The notes beneath the pieces are model-generated. The model saw nothing but the letters and a program-made list of their open reading frames with translations. It was not told where the DNA came from and did no database searches. Positions 18,365 through 26,648 of a DNA stretch of 42,975 nt are shown piece by piece. The position numbers and the translations under genes were made by a program. Where the stretch lies: positions 1-42,975 of IMG/VR virus record IMGVR_UViG_3300025725_000004; one strand, written 5' to 3'. Position 1 is the stretch's first letter, and each line of letters starts with the position of its first letter. The DNA is from a virus. Taxonomy: Duplodnaviria > Caudoviricetes.

Positions 18365-18895
18365 CTAGAAATTGTCCTGGGTCCCCGGCGCATCGGCCGA
18401 AACGTCGGTTTCCGAGGGTTTCGAGCTGTCCAGAACCACCCGGCGCTTGGCAGTCTTGGCCGGAACGGCTTTCTTGGCCACCGCGGCCGGCTTCTTGGCC
18501 ACCGGCTTGGTGGTCTTGGGCTTGGCTCCGGCCTTGACCACGACGACCTTCTTGGCCACTGCCGTGGTCTTTTCGGCCTTGGGCGTCTCGGCCGTGATCA
18601 GCCCGAGCCGGCGCAGTCCGTTGACCAGCTGCCGAATGTGCGTGGCCGGCTCCTGGGTCGACCGGTCTTTGTAGACCTTATCCGCGCTCAGCACTTCGAT
18701 CAGCGTGCCGAGTCGAACCGACTTCCGCTTGGCGATCTGAGAGTACGTGTAGTGGAAAAGGTCGTTCGGGCCGATTTCGTCTTTCACCGTCTTGGCAATG
18801 TGCAGCACGGTGTCATCACGAAGCCGGCGCCCGCGTGTCTGGTCAGTCTTCGAGGACTTGGGAGCAACGGACGTCTTGGCGATCTTCTCAGTCAT
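18365..18895 (-). CDS. Basic DNA-binding protein with histone H1-like Lys/Ala/Pro tail
   Basis: Helical N-domain followed by VAKK repeats (TTAVAKKVVV...KPVAKKPAAVAKKAVPAKTAK). Confidence 0.6.
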   Translation of the reverse strand: MTEKIAKTSVAPKSSKTDQTRGRRLRDDTVLHIAKTVKDEIGPNDLFHYTYSQIAKRKSVRLGTLIEVLSADKVYKDRSTQEPATHIRQLVNGLRRLGLITAETPKAEKTTAVAKKVVVVKAGAKPKTTKPVAKKPAAVAKKAVPAKTAKRRVVLDSSKPSETDVSADAPGTQDNF

Positions 18896-18941
18896 GAAGC
18901 ATCCTCTGTGCGCCTGGAGGCGCGTGATTGAATCCGATGGA

Positions 18942-19178
18942 CTATTCTGACAGGGCGGTTGCGTGTTTGATTCCGAATTCGAAGCGCTGCAGAACTTCCT
19001 GCCGTTGCTTCACCGCGAGAGTCGCGGTCACGGGACCGATGACTTGCTGGAGGTAGTGTTCCTGACACGGCGTGAGGGTGATCAGGTGCACCATGGACTC
19101 GTAGGTCTCGTATCCACGACGCACCTGCCTCAAGCACCACCGCGTTTCGCGGTCGCAATCGTAGCCATCTTTCTTCAT
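18942..19178 (-). CDS. Hypothetical protein
   Basis: 78-aa ORF, ATGA-coupled to the DUF932 gene. Confidence 0.5.
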   Translation of the reverse strand: MKKDGYDCDRETRWCLRQVRRGYETYESMVHLITLTPCQEHYLQQVIGPVTATLAVKQRQEVLQRFEFGIKHATALSE

Positions 19179-20263
19179 GCGACCATTTCCAGCAGCTTGC
19201 CCGCACGACGCTGCAGGTCAATGCGCGCATCTACGTAGGCCATGTCACGGGCCGATGCCGTAAACCCGTTGATCATCTGCCACAACGTGCTGTGCCCGCC
19301 TTCCTCGCGGTCCGCCACGTTGATGGCCCGAGTCACTTCGGACTTGGTGAAGTTTCGACCCATGAAGAACTCGAGGTGTGCTGCCGTGTCGGCCGACAAC
19401 AACAACGCCTTGGCTTTCTGCACCGCGGCTTCGACGGGCTTGGCACTAGCCTGCACATATTCCTGCAGAGCCGGAAGCGCCTCGTTGACGAATCGCTCGG
19501 GTCCACCGCAGGTATGGCGGATACGAATCAGCTTGACCCCTTCCATGCCGTGGATCATGTAGTTCCCGCACACGGACCGAAACAGAAACGAGGCGATGCC
19601 GAAGATGGACGCGCCGACCTCGGAATTCCACATGAACCATCCGCGGTTCATTTGGTCTCGGTCACCGCCTCCATCCACGATGCTGCCGCCATCGATGAAG
19701 AAGAGAAACACGTCGTGGTCGCTGCTGTACAGCCCACCAGGTTGGCCGCTCCATTCCTTCGGATTGAAGAAGGGCTTGGCCAGGTGGGCCGTGCTGTAGT
19801 CGACGATGCGACGGGCCGCACGCACCACATCCGCGTCCCAGATGCGGCCGTAGGTCTGGGAGGTGACGGCCTGCAAGACCGGTTTCGCTGTGCCGTCGTC
19901 GAGCGGATCAATCACCATCAGCTTGATACTGTCGACGCTGCGAGTGGCAATCCCGTGATTGAGGCATTGCGCCGCGAGCGGAGCGGGCAGTTTGCGCAGG
20001 TAGGCGCCGGGAGCGCCAATGAGAGCCGCAGTCTGGCCAAACGACCAGTGTGACGGCGAGATGACGCCGGTGCGCCGGGAGAGCAGTTGCACGTCGCCTG
20101 AGGGTGACGCCTGGAACTGCATCTTGGTGGAGTCCGTCTTGAACTCCAGGGACCGGGTCCGACGACTGGCGACGGCCGCTTCCAGCGCATCGAGCGACGT
20201 GAAGCGTTCATCGGCCGGACGTGTGGCCCATTGATGTTGCACGGCGGTGGCGAGATCGGTCAT
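19175..20263 (-). CDS. DUF932-family protein
   Basis: WATRPADERF, HWSFGQ, YGRIWDADVV, LYSSDHDVFLF, WNSEVG, RSVCGN; AGGAG RBS. Confidence 0.8.
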   Translation of the reverse strand: MTDLATAVQHQWATRPADERFTSLDALEAAVASRRTRSLEFKTDSTKMQFQASPSGDVQLLSRRTGVISPSHWSFGQTAALIGAPGAYLRKLPAPLAAQCLNHGIATRSVDSIKLMVIDPLDDGTAKPVLQAVTSQTYGRIWDADVVRAARRIVDYSTAHLAKPFFNPKEWSGQPGGLYSSDHDVFLFFIDGGSIVDGGGDRDQMNRGWFMWNSEVGASIFGIASFLFRSVCGNYMIHGMEGVKLIRIRHTCGGPERFVNEALPALQEYVQASAKPVEAAVQKAKALLLSADTAAHLEFFMGRNFTKSEVTRAINVADREEGGHSTLWQMINGFTASARDMAYVDARIDLQRRAGKLLEMVA

Positions 20264-20448
20264 GACGTCTCCTGTTGTGCGACCGGGTGACGGTCGCGGT
20301 TGGCGCAGGGGTCTATTGTCCCTCTGCTCGTGCTGCGGGCGGCAAGAATATTTCGACCTGTTTTACCGCCATGTTCACAAGAATCTCCGAGAAGGTAGGA
20401 ATGCACACCTCTCTTTCCCTATTGTCAACATGTCCGATTGAGGCGACC

Positions 20449-20682
20449 CTATCCGCTCCGCGAGAGCGCAAGGACTGCCGCACGAAACTGACGAATCCGT
20501 TGTTCATAAAACGCCGTGCTCGGCACATGTCGATGTTTCGGTTCCCGGAGCACGGCCATGTCTCGCGCAATTTGTTCCACACACGCTGTCCGATAGGCCG
20601 GTGTTCCACTCAGCCGTGTTCGGCTGCTGGGCACGAACGGCAGATGGGGTGCGGGCCAGGGCACGTGACGCTTGACGGTCAT
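20449..20682 (-). CDS. Hypothetical protein
   Basis: Start MTVKR is ATGA-coupled to the stop of 20679..20903. Confidence 0.45.
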   Translation of the reverse strand: MTVKRHVPWPAPHLPFVPSSRTRLSGTPAYRTACVEQIARDMAVLREPKHRHVPSTAFYEQRIRQFRAAVLALSRSG

Positions 20683-20903
20683 GGCCGTCTCGTGTCGGCC
20701 CAGGCCCACTGTCCCGTGAAGACGTTGTCCGGATCTGACGCCTGGGCAATCAGCACCGACCAGTCCACGCAGTCCGCACAGATCAGATAGCCGTTGCCAG
20801 CCAACACCAACTCTCCTTCAAAGTTTTCCTTGCCGCACGCCTCACAGACCGGTCCGAGGTCTGCGGTGATAGGGTCCACGATTGGCGGACGCGCATGTGT
20901 CAT
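20679..20903 (-). CDS. Small C4 Zn-finger protein
   Basis: CEAC...ICADC; TAGGAG RBS. Confidence 0.55.
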   Translation of the reverse strand: MTHARPPIVDPITADLGPVCEACGKENFEGELVLAGNGYLICADCVDWSVLIAQASDPDNVFTGQWAWADTRRP

Positions 20904-20940
20904 GTTGTTCTCCTATTCTTTTCTCGTTGCCGAACGGTTG

Positions 20941-20981
20941 CATGGCCACAACGGATGTCGTCCATATCCGCGATGGCCATG
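20941..20981 (-). other. Stem-loop closing the pentamer array (3' end of putative RNA)
   Basis: Minus strand CATGGCCA-TCG-CGGAT-(ATGGACGAC)-ATCCG-TTG-TGGCCATG: 8-bp outer stem plus 5-bp inner stem. Confidence 0.7.
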
Positions 20982-21454
20982 CCTCACCCTGCCTGCCGTG
21001 CCGCGCCAGGTCTCGCCGTTCCTGTCCACGTCGCGCCGCGCCAAGCCTCGCCTGCCGTGCCTTGCTTGACCGGACTAGACCGGTCCACGCGGCACCATCC
21101 CATTCCGCGCCTGCGATGCCACGCTGTGTCGGACCGCACCACGTCATGCCGAACTCCGCCGCGCCATGCCGCGCCAAGCCTGCCAGGCCTCACCCAGCTG
21201 CGTCTTGCCTCACCGTGCTGCGTCTTGCCTCGCCCCGCCTCGCCTGCCATTCCGGACCCTGTCTCGCCCAACCACGCCCGTCCAGGCCTGCCTTGCCATG
21301 CCCAGCTGGGCCGCGCCCAGCCAAGCCACGCCTTACCTGACCTTGCCTGCCATGCCATGTCCAGCCTTGTCTTGCCTAACCAGGTCTTGCCCCGCCTTAC
21401 CTGCCTTGTCTTGCCTGATCGTGCCTTGCCGTGCTTTGCCTCGCCGCGCCTGCC
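20974..21454 (-). repeat. Non-coding GGY-NN pentamer array (putative guide-RNA array): 8 complete units plus 1 short unit, each opened by a GGCA tetramer
   Basis: Parsed by hand on the minus strand. Units contain 9, 10, 11, 8, 12, 13, 11 and 11 pentamers; 57 of 85 start GGC/GGT and the rest are single-mismatch variants. Starts 18 nt after the stop of 21472..21921. Confidence 0.9.
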
Positions 21455-21471
21455 GGTCCAACGCGGTGTCG

Positions 21472-21921
21472 TTACGCCCGCTTCCCAACCCGTTCCTGCA
21501 CCTCGCTCATTGCCGCGAATACTTCCGCCAGTTCCTTCAGGTGCCGATACTTCTCTTGGAACCGACGCATCTCGGCCAGTGCATCGGTCAGCAACTCCTC
21601 GCGCAGTTCAGGATCAGCCATCACCTTCGCGGTCACTCGGTAGCCGCCGGCCGGTTGCCGATCTGATACCAGACTGGTAAAGACTCGAAAGGCCATTTCC
21701 TCTCCGTTCCCGACCGGTTCGTAGGCCACGGTCACACGGATCAAGGTCCGTGCTTGCCAGAGCCGGTATTGCTCGCTCGCGAGTGAATCGTCCCACTCGA
21801 AACGATCGTGCAGTGGAGACATCTTCTCGCGGGCCGCATCGACCACGTCACGCGGTCGAAGGTATCCGTCGTGCTGTCTCGCAATCCGTCGCAACGTTTT
21901 GACGATGAGAGAGTCGCTCAT
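21472..21921 (-). CDS. Accessory protein of the RAMP-like/array locus (helical, possibly DNA-binding)
   Basis: LRPRDVVDAAR...SPLHDRFEWDD...YRLWQARTLIR; ATGA-coupled to the RAMP-like gene. Confidence 0.7.
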   Translation of the reverse strand: MSDSLIVKTLRRIARQHDGYLRPRDVVDAAREKMSPLHDRFEWDDSLASEQYRLWQARTLIRVTVAYEPVGNGEEMAFRVFTSLVSDRQPAGGYRVTAKVMADPELREELLTDALAEMRRFQEKYRHLKELAEVFAAMSEVQERVGKRA

Positions 21922-22586
21922 GACGCTTTTCCTTCCTTTGACGTTTCAATGGCGAACAACCCCCAACCCATGCCAGCACTGTTCTTGCTGTCCGGCCGAC
22001 CTTCGCCAATGCCGACTTGCAAGCCGACACGGGACATCAGGTTCGTCACATCCTGCAGTGTGAACTGATCCGCATCGAACCGAATGCGAATGACCGCCTT
22101 CCAGTTGTGGTAGGCCGCCCGCACGGTCACGTAGGGTTGGCCCGTTTCCACGCGGGCCATGTCTTCCTGCTTGACAGGCTTACCGATGATCCGGATCAAC
22201 GAGATCTGGGGTTCATCCCTGTCCACGCCGTCGGCCTCAACGAATACGCTGAGTTTGGCGAGCGTCATCTTGAACCCAACCAGCCGACACGCGCTGATCA
22301 TGGCCGCACGAATCGAGGCGGCATTGAACCCGTCGCCACCGTCGGCGAATCGGTAACGCGCTTCCTCGTAGAGATCATCGGTGGACTTGGCTTCGCGGTT
22401 CCGCTTGCTGCTCGCCGCTTTGCCCGTCTCCATCTTTTGCTTCATCTGCGCCTTTGTTTTGGCGCTGAAGCGATGGATGACGAGCGGCACACCGGGGAGT
22501 GCCTGAACGTGAAACTTTGCGATGCCGAAGTTTGGTGGCTTGATCGTGACGGTCTGCGTGGTCAGTACGTTCTTCGTCGGTTCCAT
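21918..22586 (-). CDS. RAMP/Cas7-like RRM-fold protein
   Basis: N-terminal strand ending PLVIH, FNAASIRAAMISAC helix, VTVRAAYHNWKAVIRIRFD strands, C-terminal Gly-rich loop GLQVGIGEGRP...GMGWGLF; start MEPTK behind AGGAGG. Confidence 0.7.
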   Translation of the reverse strand: MEPTKNVLTTQTVTIKPPNFGIAKFHVQALPGVPLVIHRFSAKTKAQMKQKMETGKAASSKRNREAKSTDDLYEEARYRFADGGDGFNAASIRAAMISACRLVGFKMTLAKLSVFVEADGVDRDEPQISLIRIIGKPVKQEDMARVETGQPYVTVRAAYHNWKAVIRIRFDADQFTLQDVTNLMSRVGLQVGIGEGRPDSKNSAGMGWGLFAIETSKEGKAS

Positions 22587-22587
22587 G

Positions 22588-22779
22588 TCATCCCTCCTGA
22601 ACAATGCGAATGGTGCGGCCGATCAGCCGCGTGAGCAAGGCGTTGATTCGTGGCAGAGCGTCGAGTTCGTCGAGTGTGATGTCGGCCGGGTGGATGGGAG
22701 GTCCGGACACCCGGTTGACTTCCCTGTAATCTCCGTCGTGCCGGCCGGTTTCGATTTCGAGCACGAAGCGAAGCGTCAT
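22588..22779 (-). CDS. Hypothetical protein
   Basis: 63-aa ORF, GAGGAGG RBS, ATGA coupling. Confidence 0.55.
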   Translation of the reverse strand: MTLRFVLEIETGRHDGDYREVNRVSGPPIHPADITLDELDALPRINALLTRLIGRTIRIVQEG

Positions 22780-23048
22780 CTCACCCTCCTCTGAAGTACG
22801 GATGGTTGGGCAAGGAAGGCGTGACCCGTGGTCGTGCGGCAGGCTTCGCAGAACCGCAGCGGTGTCGGTTCATTGCGTGCGAGGCACCGCTTCGCGGTAT
22901 TCGTGATCGCCCCGCAGCCAGCGCAGGTAAGACGTTGGTCGTAGCCGGAACAGGGACAGCCGGGTGACGTGCAGGTGCGAGCACAGTTTCGTATTCGAAG
23001 GTGAAACACCTCCTGGTGTCCGCAGTTACAGCCAGGATAGACGCTCAC
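22776..23048 (-). CDS. Cys-rich small protein
   Basis: CNCGH...CTSPGCPC...CAGC...CEAC; GTGA coupling; AGGAGG RBS. Confidence 0.55.
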   Translation of the reverse strand: MSVYPGCNCGHQEVFHLRIRNCARTCTSPGCPCSGYDQRLTCAGCGAITNTAKRCLARNEPTPLRFCEACRTTTGHAFLAQPSVLQRRVR

Positions 23049-23284
23049 TTCGGGCCTCCTTTCAACGCACTCTCGGTGTCGCGTTTGAGGCGCGCGGTGC
23101 TGCCCACGTCCATGCCGTTGTGGTAGCCGTCCAGCCACCGCACAAGCAACGTGCGGAGAGTGACGTGTCGTCTCTGCCAGCCGTTCCGTGCCTGCAGGTA
23201 GGCAGACGCCATGAGCGTTGCGTTATCCCGCTCATGGGTCAGCCGTGCAATGGTTTCGTTTGCAGATTCGAACTGTCCGTTCAT
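23045..23284 (-). CDS. Hypothetical protein
   Basis: Start MNGQF behind AGGAGG; ATGA coupling. Confidence 0.55.
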   Translation of the reverse strand: MNGQFESANETIARLTHERDNATLMASAYLQARNGWQRRHVTLRTLLVRWLDGYHNGMDVGSTARLKRDTESALKGGPK

Positions 23285-23517
23285 CGGTCCTCCTTTCGGC
23301 TGCATCGTGCGCGTTCTACGTTGGTGGTATGCGTCTGGTGGCAGCGAGTGCACCGTCGCGCCGCAGTGGAAATACTGCGGAGTGCGCTGTCGAAGCACGA
23401 CGCACAGATACCGTGCGACACCGGGCCGCACCCGTCACTGATGACGTGCTGACACCATGCGCAGACCACGTGTGGTGTCACCGCATCGATCGCGCTCCAG
23501 TCGATTCTGATCGCCAT
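23281..23517 (-). CDS. Cys-rich small protein
   Basis: CAWC...SHGICASC...CTRC; AGGAGAC leader. Confidence 0.6.
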   Translation of the reverse strand: MAIRIDWSAIDAVTPHVVCAWCQHVISDGCGPVSHGICASCFDSALRSISTAARRCTRCHQTHTTNVERARCSRKEDR

Positions 23518-23525
23518 GGTGTCTC

Positions 23526-24164
23526 CTAGTCGCAGTCGAGTTGTTGGATGAAGAGGCTGGTAACGCCGAAAAAGTCTCGTGTCTCCAGCTTCGCAGGCCT
23601 GTCGTAGCGCGAGTGCTGCCGCACGGTCAGCCGGTAGCCGGTGCCGAAACCGCTTGGCGTGAACGACACTTCGCGGCCGGCGAGCAGGTCGGCTGTGTAT
23701 TTGGCGCGGGTCTCCGGCGTGACGGAGTAGCCGAGACCGGGCACGGGGACGCTGTTCTTGACCCGTTCGCGTGAGGTGGCAACGCGGACGATCTGCTCCA
23801 GTAGTTTCGTGCCGACAGTGGCTGGCGTGTCGGCGGACGTCGTGCGGTATTTGGGGTAGACGGTGAAGCTGTCGTCAACGCCGGTTCGATCGAATGTGCG
23901 CTCCCCGCGTGCCGTGGTGAAGGTCGTGTGCCCGGACCCGTGCGCGTAGTCGCCGGACCCGTCCATCACGAGGCGCATCGTGATGCCGTCACCCGTGAAG
24001 ACTGCGGTTGGACACGGGACCAGCACGTCCTTCTTTGCCTTGGCATCCCACTGTTCGATCGTCTCATCTAGGACGGTCACGAGCATGTCGGGAGGAACGG
24101 GAATGGCACGGAGAAACTTCCGCTTCTGCACGAGGGTCATGGGACGTGACTTGCGTAGGGTCAT
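23526..24164 (-). CDS. Hypothetical early protein
   Basis: Start MTLRK behind CAGGAGACAACCC. Confidence 0.65.
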   Translation of the reverse strand: MTLRKSRPMTLVQKRKFLRAIPVPPDMLVTVLDETIEQWDAKAKKDVLVPCPTAVFTGDGITMRLVMDGSGDYAHGSGHTTFTTARGERTFDRTGVDDSFTVYPKYRTTSADTPATVGTKLLEQIVRVATSRERVKNSVPVPGLGYSVTPETRAKYTADLLAGREVSFTPSGFGTGYRLTVRQHSRYDRPAKLETRDFFGVTSLFIQQLDCD

Positions 24165-24192
24165 GGGTTGTCTCCTGAAAGTCGAGTCGGGG

Positions 24193-24381
24193 TTACGAAA
24201 AGAGAAGGTCACTGTCGTCGTCATCGAAATCACCAAACACCGCTTGCGCAACAGCGGCTTCGGTCTCGGTTACGGCATCCTCGGACAGGAGGCGCAACCG
24301 GGCGTTCATGGCGTCATCGCCAGCGTCACGATACGCACGGTAGAGGGTGTTTACCGCTTGCTGTCGTTCGGTCTCGGGCAT
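24193..24381 (-). CDS. Small acidic protein
   Basis: MPETERQ...DFDDDDSDLLFS; GAGGA RBS. Confidence 0.5.
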   Translation of the reverse strand: MPETERQQAVNTLYRAYRDAGDDAMNARLRLLSEDAVTETEAAVAQAVFGDFDDDDSDLLFS

Positions 24382-24394
24382 GGTGTCCTCTTCG

Positions 24395-24667
24395 TTAGAT
24401 GACGTCGGCAACGGTCAGGTCACGCACGGTGGATTCGAGGTAGGTGCAGAGCATTGCCATGCGGCTTCGGCCTCGACCCGTGCGGTAGACGCTGTTGACG
24501 CGATACGTGATGGTGCCGGTGCCGGGTGCGGCTACCGACACCGAGAAGACGTCGCCGGGCTTTGGCAGAACCGCGTGTCCTTCGGCGATGGTCCGAGGCG
24601 AATTGAAGGCATGGACCATGAAGTCCTGATCGAACTCTACGACGGCACGACGGATGGAACGGGCCAT
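24395..24667 (-). CDS. Hypothetical early protein
   Basis: 90-aa ORF with TAGGAGAC leader. Confidence 0.6.
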   Translation of the reverse strand: MARSIRRAVVEFDQDFMVHAFNSPRTIAEGHAVLPKPGDVFSVSVAAPGTGTITYRVNSVYRTGRGRSRMAMLCTYLESTVRDLTVADVI

Positions 24668-24728
24668 GATGGTGTCTCCTAGTTAACGAATGTCAGAGGT
24701 GCGAATCTGGTTTCTTCCCGCACCCGAG

Positions 24729-25352
24729 CTACCGGAGGTCCAGCGACTTGAACGCGAACCACGCCCGCCATTCCGTGGTGTAGGCCATCTCGGAAAGCTG
24801 CAGAGGCGTCAGCAAGGGCGATCCGTCGCACAGCAACGCCCAGGTGCCGTCCGACCGCAAGCTCACGGTGTAGCGGTCGCGCTGTTCACGCCGGTTGCGG
24901 TCGTAACTATCGGCCAGTTCTGGGGCGTAGAATCCGGCCTCGTGAATGTCAGACTTGAGGTTGCTCACTCGGACCTCCAACCGGGTGAATTCCACCACCA
25001 CGTCTCGGGCATACGAATTGCCCAGCGGAGGGGTAAGGCTGCTCACGTTCCCCACGGACTCAACCAACCTGGCCGCGTCCTTGACGAGATCCTCGGCCAA
25101 TGATCGCATCTTGTAGATGACTTGATCTCGGTCGCGCAGGAGGCTTTTCAGGGCGTAGCGCAGCCGGTCCATCTGCCGCACGAGCGGGTCGTGAGGGCCG
25201 AATCCCTCCGGGAACTTCCACTCCACCTCGGACCCTACTTGCACCAGTGCCCGCTCCGCGAGGATGCGCATCTGGAACTCGGTCGCTTCGCGCTCGGTCT
25301 GTGCCTCTAGCCGTGCGGTGCGCTTTTCTTCCGCGGTCAGTTTGGTAGCCAT
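24729..25352 (-). CDS. Hypothetical early protein
   Basis: Start MATKLT behind CAGGAGACAGACC. Confidence 0.65.
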   Translation of the reverse strand: MATKLTAEEKRTARLEAQTEREATEFQMRILAERALVQVGSEVEWKFPEGFGPHDPLVRQMDRLRYALKSLLRDRDQVIYKMRSLAEDLVKDAARLVESVGNVSSLTPPLGNSYARDVVVEFTRLEVRVSNLKSDIHEAGFYAPELADSYDRNRREQRDRYTVSLRSDGTWALLCDGSPLLTPLQLSEMAYTTEWRAWFAFKSLDLR

Positions 25353-25440
25353 GGTCTGTCTCCTGAAAGTGAAGTGGCGGAATGCCGACTCCCGGTTGGG
25401 CACGACCCGTGTCATGCCCAGCCAGCAGACGTTGCACTCC

Positions 25441-25746
25441 TTAAGACGTCCAGTCGCGAACGAACCATACGCGTTTCCCGGCTCGAATCGAGTTGCCGTC
25501 GTCGAGGTAGATGGCATGGCGAAGCTTGGACACCCGGACGTCGTGAGCCTCCATGCCGATCCACGCCATCGCGGCCGCGTAGTCGTAGTCGAAGTAGCGC
25601 ACTTCGCGGGCAGCGTTCATTGCGTAGACCGTACCGAGCATGCTCTCCCAGAGCGCCGGACGGTGTGCCTTGGTTGGCGGTTTACGGCAGGCGTTCCGAC
25701 GGAAGTTGACAAATCTACGGTTGAGCCATTCATGTTCTGGGGTCAT
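25441..25746 (-). CDS. Hypothetical early protein
   Basis: Start MTPEH behind CAGGAGAC. Confidence 0.6.
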   Translation of the reverse strand: MTPEHEWLNRRFVNFRRNACRKPPTKAHRPALWESMLGTVYAMNAAREVRYFDYDYAAAMAWIGMEAHDVRVSKLRHAIYLDDGNSIRAGKRVWFVRDWTS

Positions 25747-25784
25747 GTGCGGTCTCCTGAATTGCGCACGGGTTGTGGAGCGGC

Positions 25785-26435
25785 CTACGTCGTGGCGACG
25801 GCGTTCGCAGTGGCTTCGAAGAGCGTGACGAGTTCCGTCCGGCGTGCGGCAATGCGAGTGTTCCAGAGTTCCTGCAGCGCGATCCATGCCTCGTTAGCGG
25901 ACGCATAGATGTCGGTAGCCTGCCACACACCATCCACGGTGACCTTCCACGTGTCGACGGTGACCTGGACCACGTCCAGCGCACGGCCGGTTTCGACCTC
26001 GGCAGCCACCGACAGCATCGACGCGATCGTCAGTGTGTAGAAGCCGCAAGCGTAGAGCATGTCGGGTGTGTGTCGGCGGAGCGTGAGGTAGGTGGCATAG
26101 TAGGACGTCGCATCGTCGCTGTCCATCGGGTTGGAGAAGAACGCCGTGCCTCCGCGTGTGACACGGGTGACGACCTCGGCACAGCGCTTCTGGAGTTGCT
26201 CGGCTTCCTTGACGCACCGCTCCTGCGCGTGGCGTGCTTCGCTGAGCAGCGACCGGCACGCATACGCCACGTCACTGCTGGTCGTCCGAGGCAGCGTGTC
26301 AAGGTTCACGAAGGTGCGCAGCTTCGCGAGACGGTCGCGCGTCTCGTTGGCCACGCTGGTCTGGCGTGCGGTCTCAGCGTCGGCAATGGCGGCGATTTTA
26401 CGTTCGGTGGCGGTGAGCTTCTGAATCTTGGCCAT
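25785..26435 (-). CDS. Hypothetical early protein
   Basis: 216-aa ORF behind CAGGAGACAGACC. Confidence 0.65.
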   Translation of the reverse strand: MAKIQKLTATERKIAAIADAETARQTSVANETRDRLAKLRTFVNLDTLPRTTSSDVAYACRSLLSEARHAQERCVKEAEQLQKRCAEVVTRVTRGGTAFFSNPMDSDDATSYYATYLTLRRHTPDMLYACGFYTLTIASMLSVAAEVETGRALDVVQVTVDTWKVTVDGVWQATDIYASANEAWIALQELWNTRIAARRTELVTLFEATANAVATT

Positions 26436-26480
26436 GGTCTGTCTCCTGAATGAACGGGTGGACGGGTGACGGGTGACGGG

Positions 26481-26636
26481 TTACCAGTTATACACGAGAG
26501 AGTCGATGATGGACTTGGCGTCCCCAAGAGACGGGGCCGAAGCGATGTAGAAGCCGTCTTTCTCAATCCAGCAGTCGGAGGCGAACGGCGTCGTGCGAAT
26601 CACGTAGCCGCGGTAGGCGATGGAGCTGCGTGTCAT
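26481..26636 (-). CDS. Small early protein (51 aa, not in the ORF track)
   Basis: Hand translation MTRSSIAYRGYVIRTTPFASDCWIEKDGFYIASAPSLGDAKSIIDSLVYNW; GAGGAGAC leader. Confidence 0.6.
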   Translation of the reverse strand: MTRSSIAYRGYVIRTTPFASDCWIEKDGFYIASAPSLGDAKSIIDSLVYNW

Positions 26637-26648
26637 GGGCTGTCTCCT

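Noticed and set aside
20395-20428. Sigma-70 promoter upstream of DUF932 (TTGACA on the minus strand)
   Set aside because: Perfect -35 but no good -10 at 16-18 nt; too weak to call.
20974-21454. Classical CRISPR array
   Set aside because: No 23-50-nt direct repeats with unique spacers; the conserved element is only 3 nt.
20842-21680. Several overlapping ORFs (111-261 aa) across the pentamer array
   Set aside because: Low-complexity translations on both strands, no RBS, and 5-nt rather than 3-nt periodicity; they stay open only because the repeat rarely creates stops.
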